Shown: piece by piece, positions 51,315-59,610 of the stretch | Layout of the letters: each line of letters starts with the position of its first letter | How positions within the stretch are numbered: position 1 is the stretch's first letter | Assembly (NCBI GenBank): GCA_963815215.1 | Contig: CAWFFU010000008.1 | Location: 64,001 to 128,000, forward strand | DNA: 64,000 bases | Reading direction: 5' to 3' | Origin: an uncultured Trueperaceae bacterium | GTDB taxonomy: Bacteria; Deinococcota; Deinococci; Deinococcales; Trueperaceae | Notes under the pieces: generated by a model | The model's database searches: none | The model's input: only the letters and a program-made list of their open reading frames with translations | Told to the model about the DNA's origin: nothing | Program-made: the position numbers and the translations under genes

Positions 51315-52202
51315 TCAGGTCTCCGCCACCACTTCGACGCCCGCCCCCACCGGCGGCGGCGGCGTGAAGCGCTGCTCGAAGCGCCGCCGGAACTCCCGCC
51401 ACGCGTCCTCGCCGTGCGGGCGCCCCTGCTCTTCGCACCACATCAGGAACGGGACCAGGTAGGAGCGAGCGTTGCGCAGCTCCTCCAGGAAGATGTGGGC
51501 GCTCAGTCCGCCACCGTCCAGATAGCCGCTCTCGGAGAACGCGCGCAAGGCCGCGTCCCGGTCGTACGGGACACGCCTGAACTGCATCTCCCAGGCGCCG
51601 CCCTCGAGGGTCAACAGCAGGTACTGGGCGCGCGGGTCGCCGTTGAACGGCGAGCCGACCGCGCCGGTGTTGAGCACCAGGTAGTGGCCCCAGCGCCGCA
51701 GCAGCGGGCGATGGGTGTGGGAGCCAACCAGCACGTCTGCCGGGTGCATCTGCGTGATCTCGGAGATCGCCTCGTCGGTGAGGAACTTGCCGTAGCCCTC
51801 GCGGTAGTGCCGGGGGCTGCCGTGTGCGATCAGCAGGCTTGGCGCCCCCGCCACGGAGACGCGCAGCGTCATCGGCAGACGTCGGATCGTCTCGATGAGC
51901 CCCGCCGCCCGGAGCCGGCCGGCGGCCCATCCCGCGCTCGCCCAGAAGGGGTCGTCGAACCACTCGCCGGGCAGGCTCGGGTCGTGGTCGACCCACATGC
52001 GCATCAGGTCGTCGTGGTTGCCGAGCGTGCCGTTCGCCTCGCGCTCACCCAGCAGCCGCATCGCCTCCACGTTGCCGGGGCCGCGGTTGACGACGTCGCC
52101 GTTGACCACCAGACGATCCGCCCCCAGCCGATCGATGTCCTCCAGAACGGCCTCCAGCGCCGGAACGTTGGCGTGGATGTCGGCGATGACGGCCACCCTC
52201 AC
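51315..52202 (-). CDS. Calcineurin-like metallophosphoesterase
   Basis: DIHAN, GDVV, GNHD, AHGSP, SHTH, NTGAVG. Confidence 0.9.
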   Translation of the reverse strand: MRVAVIADIHANVPALEAVLEDIDRLGADRLVVNGDVVNRGPGNVEAMRLLGEREANGTLGNHDDLMRMWVDHDPSLPGEWFDDPFWASAGWAAGRLRAAGLIETIRRLPMTLRVSVAGAPSLLIAHGSPRHYREGYGKFLTDEAISEITQMHPADVLVGSHTHRPLLRRWGHYLVLNTGAVGSPFNGDPRAQYLLLTLEGGAWEMQFRRVPYDRDAALRAFSESGYLDGGGLSAHIFLEELRNARSYLVPFLMWCEEQGRPHGEDAWREFRRRFEQRFTPPPPVGAGVEVVAET

Positions 52203-52307
52203 GGTTCACCACTCTAGCAGGCGCCTCATGACGCCGGAGGCTCCGCCCCCGGGGTCCGAAAAGCCACGGACGGCCGCCGTCGGTCGGCTTACAATGGGCC
52301 CCCTGCC

Positions 52308-53309
52308 GTGGATGCCGTCGCCCTCCTCATCGCCACTCAACCCGACCGATCGACGACGCTGACACAGGCGCTGTCGCGCGCAGGGTGGCAGGTCGTCGCG
52401 GCAACGGAGCCTCAGGACGCGCTCGGGCGCCTGCGAGGCGGCGGGCTCTCGGCGGTGTTCTGCGACGACTACCTGCGCGGCGCCAGTCCGGGCGGGTTCC
52501 TGGCCTGGTGCCGGCGCGCCGCTCCGGGCCTGCCGTTCTACCAGTTCGCGAGCGACCCGAACGCTACGCGCAGGGCGTTCTACGCCCCCGACGCGGTGCT
52601 CCCCTTCCCACCCGAAGCGGGCAAGCTGCCGCGCCCACAACTCGGCGGCCCGGCCTCCGAAGCCGCGGAGGGAACCGGCGTGCCGCTGCAGGGTGATCTC
52701 GCGCTGCTGCCGCTGGGCGGACTGCTCGACATGATGGCCGTGGCGGGCCAGAGCGCCGTGATCCGGGTGTCGGGGGAGGTCGAGGGCGAGCTGGTGATGG
52801 ACCACGGCGTGCTGCAGCACGCGGTCGCCGGCGAAGGCGTGCTGGGAGTGCGGGCGGTCGCGGATCTCATCGCGTTGCGGGCGGGCTCGTTCCGCGTCGA
52901 CGCCTACGCCCCGCCCCGGCGCCGCACGCTCAGCCTCCCGACCGCCACCGCGCTCACCGAGGCCGCCAAACTCGCCGACGAGCTGGCGCGCGACCGGGCG
53001 CTGGTGGAGCGGGCGCGCCGGGCCCTGCCCGGCGCCCGCGCAGTGGCGGCCGGCTACCCGCTCTCACCGACTTCCATCGTCGGCGACGGCGACGTGCGCG
53101 CGACCTTCGACCGGGCGGCGCGGCTGCTGGAGGTGAACCGGACCGAGATCGGACGCTTCACCCACCTGTGCCTAGAGAACGACGAAGGCGCCATCGCGCT
53201 GGTGGTCTACGGGCAGGGCCGCTTGCTGACGGCGACGGGCCCGCGCGGCACCAGTGTGAAGTTGCTGACGGCTCTGGCGGCCGCGCTCCGGACGAACACC
53301 TCCGGCTGA
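52308..53309 (+). CDS. REC-like and DUF4388 domain protein with possible roadblock-like C-terminus
   Basis: N-terminal receiver-like alpha/beta region (VFCDD); LQGDL...L..LL.M...GEL....G.L.HA DUF4388 pattern; TALTEAA...DE. Confidence 0.65.
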   Translation: MDAVALLIATQPDRSTTLTQALSRAGWQVVAATEPQDALGRLRGGGLSAVFCDDYLRGASPGGFLAWCRRAAPGLPFYQFASDPNATRRAFYAPDAVLPFPPEAGKLPRPQLGGPASEAAEGTGVPLQGDLALLPLGGLLDMMAVAGQSAVIRVSGEVEGELVMDHGVLQHAVAGEGVLGVRAVADLIALRAGSFRVDAYAPPRRRTLSLPTATALTEAAKLADELARDRALVERARRALPGARAVAAGYPLSPTSIVGDGDVRATFDRAARLLEVNRTEIGRFTHLCLENDEGAIALVVYGQGRLLTATGPRGTSVKLLTALAAALRTNTSG

Positions 53310-53316
53310 GGCCGGC

Positions 53317-54144
53317 TCAGCCCAGAGCCTCCTCGGCCGCCGCCCGCATGACCTCGACGGGCGCGGCCCGACCGAACCAGCGCTCGAAGGCCAGCGCGCC
53401 CTGATGGACCAGCATCGGCAGTCCGTTCTGGGTCGCCAGGCCGGCGGCCCGCGCCCGCGCCAGCAGCAGGGTCTCCCGCGGCCGGTACACGAGGTCGACG
53501 ACCGCGCCCTGGGCCGGCAGCACGCTCTCGGCGAGCGGCGACGAACCCTCGGCGGCGCCCTCCATGCCGGCGGCGGTCGCCTGGATCAGCAGGTGCGCCG
53601 AGCGCACCGCCCCCTCCACGGCGCCCTCGCCGATCACCGCCAGCGCGCCATGGCCGGCGAGATCGGCCGCCAGCCGCTCGGCGCGCAGGCGCGTCCGGTT
53701 GTGGACCGTCACCCGGGCGCCGGCCTGCAGGAGCGCCAGCGTCACCGCTCGGGCCGCGCCACCCGCGCCGAGGACTACCGCCTCCTGGCCCCCCGGCGCC
53801 ACTCCCAGCTCGGCCAGCGCCCGCAGGAAGCCTTCGCCGTCGGTGTTGTCGCCCACCAGCCCGCGCGACGTCGGCACGATGGTGTTGACCGCGCCGACCG
53901 CCCGAGCGGCGTCGGTGAGCCCGTCGAGCCAGCGCATCACCGTGCGTTTGTGCGGGATCGTCACGTTGGCGCCGGCCACGTCGTCGCCCCGCAGGCCCTC
54001 CACCGCCGCGGCCAGCGCGTGTGGCGGCACGTCCGACGCCCGGTAGCGGGCATCGATGCCGCACGCGCGCAGCGCGGCATTGTGCATCGCCGGGCTGAGC
54101 GAGTGCCCGGCAGGATGGGCGAGCAACAGCACGCGGAGCGTCAT
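53317..54144 (-). CDS. aroE: Shikimate dehydrogenase
   Basis: HSLSP.MHN, NVTIPHK, GAVNT, NTDG.G, GAGGAAR, DLVY, ML.HQG. Confidence 0.95.
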   Translation of the reverse strand: MTLRVLLLAHPAGHSLSPAMHNAALRACGIDARYRASDVPPHALAAAVEGLRGDDVAGANVTIPHKRTVMRWLDGLTDAARAVGAVNTIVPTSRGLVGDNTDGEGFLRALAELGVAPGGQEAVVLGAGGAARAVTLALLQAGARVTVHNRTRLRAERLAADLAGHGALAVIGEGAVEGAVRSAHLLIQATAAGMEGAAEGSSPLAESVLPAQGAVVDLVYRPRETLLLARARAAGLATQNGLPMLVHQGALAFERWFGRAAPVEVMRAAAEEALG

Positions 54145-54160
54145 CGGTGGGGCGCCGACT

Positions 54161-55192
54161 TCAGGCGGTCGCGACCGGACGCACCTGTCGAAGCAGGACC
54201 TCCAGGGCGCGGTCGACGTCCTCGTCGGTCACCTGGTGATGCGTCGCCAGCCGCACGCGACCCGGCGCGACGGCGTTGAACCGCACGCCCTGCGCCGCGC
54301 AGCGCTCTGCGAAGGCCGGCGCGTCGGCGACGGCGAGGTAGACCATGTTGGTCTGCACCGTCTCCAGGTCGATCTCCACGCCGGGCAGCTCGGCCAGCCC
54401 TTCGGCGAGGCGACGGGCCCGGGCGTGGTCCTCGCGCAACCGCTGTGGCATGGTCTCCAGGGCGTAGAGGCCGGCCGCCGCCAACACGCCGGCCTGGCGC
54501 ATGCCTCCGCCCAGCATCTTGCGGTAGCGGTGGGCGCGATCGATGAACGCGCGGCTCCCCAGCAACACACTGCCCACCGGGGCGCCCAGGCCCTTGCTGA
54601 GGCAGATCGATACCGAGTCGAACCCGGCGCACACCTGGTCGATCTCCACCTCGAGCGCGGCCGCCGCGTTGAAGGCGCGCGCGCCGTCCAGATGCACCGG
54701 TAGGCCCTCGTCGTGGGCGAGCTTGGTGATGGCCCGGCTGACCTCGAGCGGCACCACCGTGCCGCCGGCGCCGTTGTGGGTGTTCTCGATCGAGATCAGG
54801 CCGGTCGGGGCCTGGTGCGGACTGTGGTGGATGGCCGCGCGCACGTCCTCGACACCAGGAACACCGTGTGGAGCCGGCACCAGCCGGGGGACCAGTCCGC
54901 CCACCACCGCCAACGACGCCAGCTCGTAGTCGTAGATGTGCGCTCCCTCGGGAGCGATCACCTCCACGCCTCGCTGGGTGTGGGTGGCCAGCGCCACCTG
55001 GTTGCTCATGGTGCCGCTGGGCATGAAGAGCCCCGCCTCGAACCCGGCGCGCTCGGCCAGGCTGCTCTGGAGACGGTTGACGGTGGGGTCCTCGCCGTAG
55101 ACGTCGTCGCCCACCTCGGCCTCCGCCATGGCCTTGCGCATGGCGGGCGTGGGCTTAGTGACGGTATCGCTTCGAAGGTCGATGGCGCGCAT
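54161..55192 (-). CDS. ltaE: Low-specificity L-threonine aldolase
   Basis: [46 protein letters not shown]. Confidence 0.94.
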   Translation of the reverse strand: MRAIDLRSDTVTKPTPAMRKAMAEAEVGDDVYGEDPTVNRLQSSLAERAGFEAGLFMPSGTMSNQVALATHTQRGVEVIAPEGAHIYDYELASLAVVGGLVPRLVPAPHGVPGVEDVRAAIHHSPHQAPTGLISIENTHNGAGGTVVPLEVSRAITKLAHDEGLPVHLDGARAFNAAAALEVEIDQVCAGFDSVSICLSKGLGAPVGSVLLGSRAFIDRAHRYRKMLGGGMRQAGVLAAAGLYALETMPQRLREDHARARRLAEGLAELPGVEIDLETVQTNMVYLAVADAPAFAERCAAQGVRFNAVAPGRVRLATHHQVTDEDVDRALEVLLRQVRPVATA

Positions 55193-55245
55193 GGCGGCAT
55201 TGTATCCCCGCACCCACCGCACGCCGCCTGCCGGAGAGACCCCGT

Positions 55246-56211
55246 TCAGCCGGCCTCGAACGCCGCGGAATAGCTGCACAGCGTCGGCAGGTCGACGTTC
55301 CCGCCGCAGATCACGAGCACCAGGCGGGCGTCGTCGGCGATGCGGCCCTCGCGGCGCAGGCGGCGCGCCGCCGCGACCGTGCAGCCGGCCGCCAGCTCCG
55401 CCGTGACCTTGGCGCGCTCCAGCAGCCAGCGCGCGCCGTGGTACGCCTCGGCATCCGCGACCACCACGACGTCCTGCGCACGCCTCCGGACCACCTCCAG
55501 GGCGAGATCGCAGGTGGTGGGCGCGCCGAGCGTGCGCGCCAACGAGGTCGGCTCCATGCTGACCGGCCGCCCCGCCGCCAGGGAACGCGTCATCACGTCC
55601 GCTCCCTCGGTCTCCACGCCCCACAGCCGGATCGCGGGCAACCGCTCCGCGAGGGCGGTGGCCACGCCGCCGAAGAGCCCTCCGCCGCCGATGCTGACGA
55701 TCGCGTCGGTGGCGTCCGGGAGGTCCTCCGCGATCTCGAGCCCCAGCGTGCCGTTCCCGGCCATCATCGCTTCGGGCGCGAAGGGGTGGAGCAGCACCCA
55801 GCCGTCCTCCCGGTAGCGCCCGCTGCGCTGGAACGCGGCCGGGATGCCGGGCGTCAGCTCGACCTCGGCGCCGTAGCCGCGGGTCGCCTCGACGTAGTTC
55901 GACGGCGTGGTCTCGGGCATCAACACCCGACAGCGCACGCCCAGCTCACGCGCGGCGAAGGCCGCACCCTGCGCGAAGTTCCCGCCGCTGACGGCGACCA
56001 CGCCGCGCTCACGGGCCTGCGGCAGGACCTCCAGCAGCTGGGCGAAGGCCCCGCGCGGCTTGAACGAGCCCGTCTTCTGGAACAGCTCGAGCTTGAGCCA
56101 CGCCTCACACCCCAGCTCGCGGCTCAGGCTGGCGCTGTGCTCGATCGGCGTGCGACGCACGTAGGGCGCGATCCGTTCACGGGCGGCCTCGATACTCGTG
56201 AGATCCAGCAT
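55246..56211 (-). CDS. Threonine/serine dehydratase (PLP fold type II, no regulatory domain)
   Basis: [29 protein letters not shown]. Confidence 0.88.
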   Translation of the reverse strand: MLDLTSIEAARERIAPYVRRTPIEHSASLSRELGCEAWLKLELFQKTGSFKPRGAFAQLLEVLPQARERGVVAVSGGNFAQGAAFAARELGVRCRVLMPETTPSNYVEATRGYGAEVELTPGIPAAFQRSGRYREDGWVLLHPFAPEAMMAGNGTLGLEIAEDLPDATDAIVSIGGGGLFGGVATALAERLPAIRLWGVETEGADVMTRSLAAGRPVSMEPTSLARTLGAPTTCDLALEVVRRRAQDVVVVADAEAYHGARWLLERAKVTAELAAGCTVAAARRLRREGRIADDARLVLVICGGNVDLPTLCSYSAAFEAG

Positions 56212-56249
56212 GCTAGGCTCCTCCGAGTCCCCGCTCCACTTCGGCGCCG

Positions 56250-57596
56250 TCAACCGCTCACGGCCTCGCCGTGACCCGTCCCCAGCGCATCGGCCAGCCA
56301 CCCCTCGAAGGACGCGAGACCGCGCCGGTACATCGCCGTGCGGCGCTCCTTCTTGCCCTGCCCTTTGCGCTTGGGTAGGGCCGGCACCAGGCCCCAGTTG
56401 GCGTTCATCGGCTGGAAGCCGTCGGGGTTGGCGCCCGCCAGGAAGCGCACCAGGCCGCCCAGCATGCTGTCCTCGGGCGGCAGCACGCTCTCCAGTCCGA
56501 GCGCCCTGCGGGCGGCGTTGGTACCTGCCAGCCAGCCCGTCGCCGAGGACTCGAGGTAGCCCTCGGTGCCCGCCAGCACGCCGGCCGTGAACCACTGAGG
56601 GTGCTCGCGGAAGCTCAGGCTCGGCTCCAGCAGGCGCGGAGCGTTGAGGTAGGTGTTGCGGTGCATGACGCCGTAGCGCACGATGTCGGCCTGCTCGAGC
56701 CCGGGGATGGCGCGCACCACCTCCTTCTGGTCGCCCCACGCGAGGCCCGTCTGGAATCCCACCAGCGACCACATCTGGCCGCGGGCGTCCTCCTGCCGCA
56801 TCTGCGCCACCGCGAAGTAACGGTCGCCGGTCTCCGGGTGCTCCAGCCCGACCGGCTTCAGGGGGCCGAAGCGCGGGGTGTCGTAGCCGCGCCGCGCCAG
56901 CTCCTCGATCGGCATGCAGCCCTCGAAGAACTCGAGCTTCTCCCAGTCGTGCCCAACGTGCTTGCGCGCCGCCGTGAGGAGCTCATAGAAGGCGTCGTAG
57001 CGCTCCTTGCTGAACGGCAGGTTCAGGTAGTCCGCCGCCTGGTCGTAGCGGCCCTTGCGGAAGGCGATGTTCATGTCGACACTGTCGACGTCGATGACCG
57101 GCGCCGCCGCGTCGTAGAAGCCCAGGAAGTCGGTGCCCAGGCGCTCCTTCAGCGCCGCGGCCAGCGCGTCGCTGGTGAGCGGGCCGGTCGCCAGCACCAC
57201 GATCCCCTCGGGCAGCGACGCCAGCTCGCCGGTGTGCACCGTGATCAACGGGTGCGCGCGCACCGCCTCGGTGACGGCCCGGCTGAAGGCCTCGCGGTCG
57301 ACGGCCAGGGCGCCACCAGCCGGCACCCGGCAGGCGTGTGCCGTGGTCAGCACCACCCCGCCGGCAGCCCGCATCTCGGCCTGCAGCAGCCCCTTGGCGT
57401 TGCTCTCCCCCTCGCCGCCGAAGCTGTTGGAGCACACCAGCTCGGCGAAGTCCCCGGTGTGGTGGGCGGGCGTCATGGCGACGGGGCGCATCTCGTGCAG
57501 GTGCACGCGCACGCCCAGGCGCGCGGCGGCGAGCGCCGCGTCGCTGCCGGCCATGCCGGCTCCGACGACGGTGATGGAGGGCCGTGACTCGCTCAT
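56250..57596 (-). CDS. trmFO: Folate/FAD-dependent tRNA m5U54 methyltransferase TrmFO
   Basis: GAGMAG, AELVCSNS, ALAVDR, FYDAAAP, FFEGCMPIE, VGFQT, RYGVMHRNTY. Confidence 0.96.
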   Translation of the reverse strand: MSESRPSITVVGAGMAGSDAALAAARLGVRVHLHEMRPVAMTPAHHTGDFAELVCSNSFGGEGESNAKGLLQAEMRAAGGVVLTTAHACRVPAGGALAVDREAFSRAVTEAVRAHPLITVHTGELASLPEGIVVLATGPLTSDALAAALKERLGTDFLGFYDAAAPVIDVDSVDMNIAFRKGRYDQAADYLNLPFSKERYDAFYELLTAARKHVGHDWEKLEFFEGCMPIEELARRGYDTPRFGPLKPVGLEHPETGDRYFAVAQMRQEDARGQMWSLVGFQTGLAWGDQKEVVRAIPGLEQADIVRYGVMHRNTYLNAPRLLEPSLSFREHPQWFTAGVLAGTEGYLESSATGWLAGTNAARRALGLESVLPPEDSMLGGLVRFLAGANPDGFQPMNANWGLVPALPKRKGQGKKERRTAMYRRGLASFEGWLADALGTGHGEAVSG

Positions 57597-57643
57597 CCGG
57601 TGAGTGTAGCAGCGCCCCCGTCGTGCGCCGGTCCGCCCCGACG

Positions 57644-57807
57644 CACGCGAACCACCCCGCTCTGCAGGGTGGTCCGTGGGTGGCTCTCAGGCGCTCAGGG
57701 GGGGACGCCAGGCCGAGTTCGCGATTCGGCTCACCTACAAGGTACGCCCCCATCAGGAGAGGGCGATGACTGGGAGGTGAAAAGGCTGAGCGAGCCGAAG
57801 GCGTCTC
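57644..57807. ncRNA. Candidate structured RNA of unknown family
   Basis: Six complementary segment pairs within ~165 nt of intergenic DNA, two of them crossing (pseudoknot). See findings. Confidence 0.45.
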
Positions 57808-57887
57808 GCGGGACGTTGCACCGTCGCGTACGGGGCGCATCCGGGGCGCATCCGGACCGACTAGACTGGGCCTCGACGGGAGGCGCC

Positions 57888-58391
57888 ATGCAATCCACCC
57901 CTTCGGCCGGATCGATCCAGGAGGCCATCCCCAACAATCACTGCTGGGGTTGCGGCACGTTGAACCCGGAAGGCCTGCACATCCACAGCCACTTCGAGGG
58001 CGACACGTCGGTGTGCGTGCACCTGCCGGACGCCGCCTTCATGGCCGGCCCGACGCACGTGCTCAACGGCGGCATCCTCGCCACGCTGGTCGACTGCCAC
58101 TGCGTCTGCACCGCCATCGCCGACGCCTACCAGAGCGAGGGGCGTGCCGTGGGCGAGCCGCCCGAGATCTGGTACGCCACGGCCAACCTGTCGCTGGACT
58201 ACCGGCGCCCCACGCCGCTGGAGGGTCCCGTCACGCTGCGCGCGCAGATCGTCGAGCGCTCTCCGCGCAAGCGGGTCCTGCGCTGTCGCGTGGACGCGCG
58301 GGGCGAGCTCACCGTGGAGGCGACGGTGGTGGCGGTGCGGGTGCCGCCCGAGTGGCGCGAGGCCCACGGGCACGCCGGTGGCCGCGTGTGA
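57888..58391 (+). CDS. PaaI-family hotdog thioesterase
   Basis: CWGCG.LNP.GL, NGGILATLVDCH, TANL.LDY.RPTP. RBS GGAGG. Confidence 0.85.
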   Translation: MQSTPSAGSIQEAIPNNHCWGCGTLNPEGLHIHSHFEGDTSVCVHLPDAAFMAGPTHVLNGGILATLVDCHCVCTAIADAYQSEGRAVGEPPEIWYATANLSLDYRRPTPLEGPVTLRAQIVERSPRKRVLRCRVDARGELTVEATVVAVRVPPEWREAHGHAGGRV

Positions 58392-59443
58392 ACGGTGCCA
58401 TGGGGCGCCGCGGGCGCGCGCTCGCCGTGCTGGCGCTGGCGCTCGCGGCCGCCGCCATGCCGGCCCGGACCGCGACCGCCCAGAGCGCCGCCGTGGGACA
58501 GAGCCCCACGGCCTGGAGCGCTCTCTACCGCGGCACGGCAGGACCCGCCCCGGCGGTGCTCGAGCTGACGCTGCGGGGCCCGCAAGCGAGCGGCCGGCTG
58601 CTGCTCGACGGCCACAGCGTCACCCTCGAGGGTCACGGTGCCATCGACGCCTCCGGCGCCGTGACCCTCACGCTGGAGGGCCCCGACGGCGCGGTTCGCG
58701 GCGCGCTACGCGGGAGCCGTTCGTCGGCCCCCAACGACGACGGCCGCAGCTTCCGCGGACGCCTCACCCTCGCCGGCGCCAGCGAGCCCGTCACCCTGCA
58801 ACGCGTAGCACAGTTCGTGGACCTCGACGTGCGCGAAGGCCCGATCCACGTCAGTTTGCGCTACCCCAGCTTCGCCGGCGGCCCGCTGGCGGCGCTCAAC
58901 CCCGCCATCGAGCCGGCGGCGCGCGCGGGGCTGATCGCATTCATCGACCAGGGCCGGAGCGCGCAGGCGGCCGGCGAGCTGTTCCACGGCTGGGAGCGCA
59001 TCACCACCACCCGGATCGAGGGGCTGGCCGGACCCTTCGTGAGCCTGCGCACGCAGAGCTACGTCTACAGCGGCGGAGCTCACGGCAACACCAGCTACGC
59101 CACCCACACCTGGCGCCTGGGCGGACCGGCCCCGCGCGAGCTGCGGCTGTCCGACCTGTTCCGGCCGAACGCGGCGTATCTGCCGCGGCTCGTCCCGTTG
59201 GTGCTGGCCGACCTCGAGGCGCAGCACGCGACCTGGGTCGTCGACGGGCAGATCTCCACCCTCGGCGAGGCGGACCTGGCGCTGTTCTCGCTCACCCCGG
59301 CCGGGTTGGCGTTCACCTTCCCTCCCTACGCCATGGGGCCGTACGTCGAGGGCACCTTCACGGTGGTCGTGCCCTACCGGAAGCTGCTCGACCTGGCGCT
59401 TCCCGGCGGCGCCATCGACGCCTTCAACGGCGCGACGCCCTGA
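58388..59443 (+). CDS. Secreted RsiV/PdaC-like protein (DUF4163 and DUF3298)
   Basis: Signal peptide; YSGGAHG; L.LSDLF; F.F.PY.MGPY..G. Start GTG 58388 or ATG 58400. Confidence 0.8.
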   Translation: MNGAMGRRGRALAVLALALAAAAMPARTATAQSAAVGQSPTAWSALYRGTAGPAPAVLELTLRGPQASGRLLLDGHSVTLEGHGAIDASGAVTLTLEGPDGAVRGALRGSRSSAPNDDGRSFRGRLTLAGASEPVTLQRVAQFVDLDVREGPIHVSLRYPSFAGGPLAALNPAIEPAARAGLIAFIDQGRSAQAAGELFHGWERITTTRIEGLAGPFVSLRTQSYVYSGGAHGNTSYATHTWRLGGPAPRELRLSDLFRPNAAYLPRLVPLVLADLEAQHATWVVDGQISTLGEADLALFSLTPAGLAFTFPPYAMGPYVEGTFTVVVPYRKLLDLALPGGAIDAFNGATP

Positions 59444-59485
59444 TCCCAGGGCCGCCGCGGGTAGGGCGCAGTGGTCCGCCGTCGC

Positions 59486-59514
59486 TTGCCAGGGAGCGCC
59501 CGTCGAAGTAGCCT
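59486..59514 (+). promoter_or_regulatory. Putative sigma-70 promoter of htpG
   Basis: TTGCCA-17 nt-TAGCCT. Confidence 0.6.
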
Positions 59515-59527
59515 GAAGGGCGTGCCG

Positions 59528-59567
59528 GACGCCCTCTCGGCGCCCGGCCGGGCGCCGAGAGGGCGTC
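59528..59567. repeat. Perfect 40-bp palindrome in the htpG leader
   Basis: GACGCCCTCTCGGCGCCCGG followed directly by its exact reverse complement. Confidence 0.92.
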
Positions 59568-59599
59568 GCAACGACCCTGCAACGACCCTGCAACGACCC
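59568..59599. repeat. 11-bp tandem repeat x3 just before the htpG RBS
   Basis: Unit GCAACGACCCT. Confidence 0.88.
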
Positions 59600-59610
59600 C
59601 GGGAGGCCAC

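Noticed and set aside
57649..57675. IS200/IS605 element
   Set aside because: The hairpin loosely resembles IS200-type end hairpins, but no tnpA/tnpB or second end is visible, so it cannot be called as a mobile element.
57682..57805. Glycine or ZTP riboswitch
   Set aside because: CTCTCAGG, GGAGAG and GCCGAAGG words are present but in the wrong order for a glycine aptamer, and the ZTP architecture is also missing.
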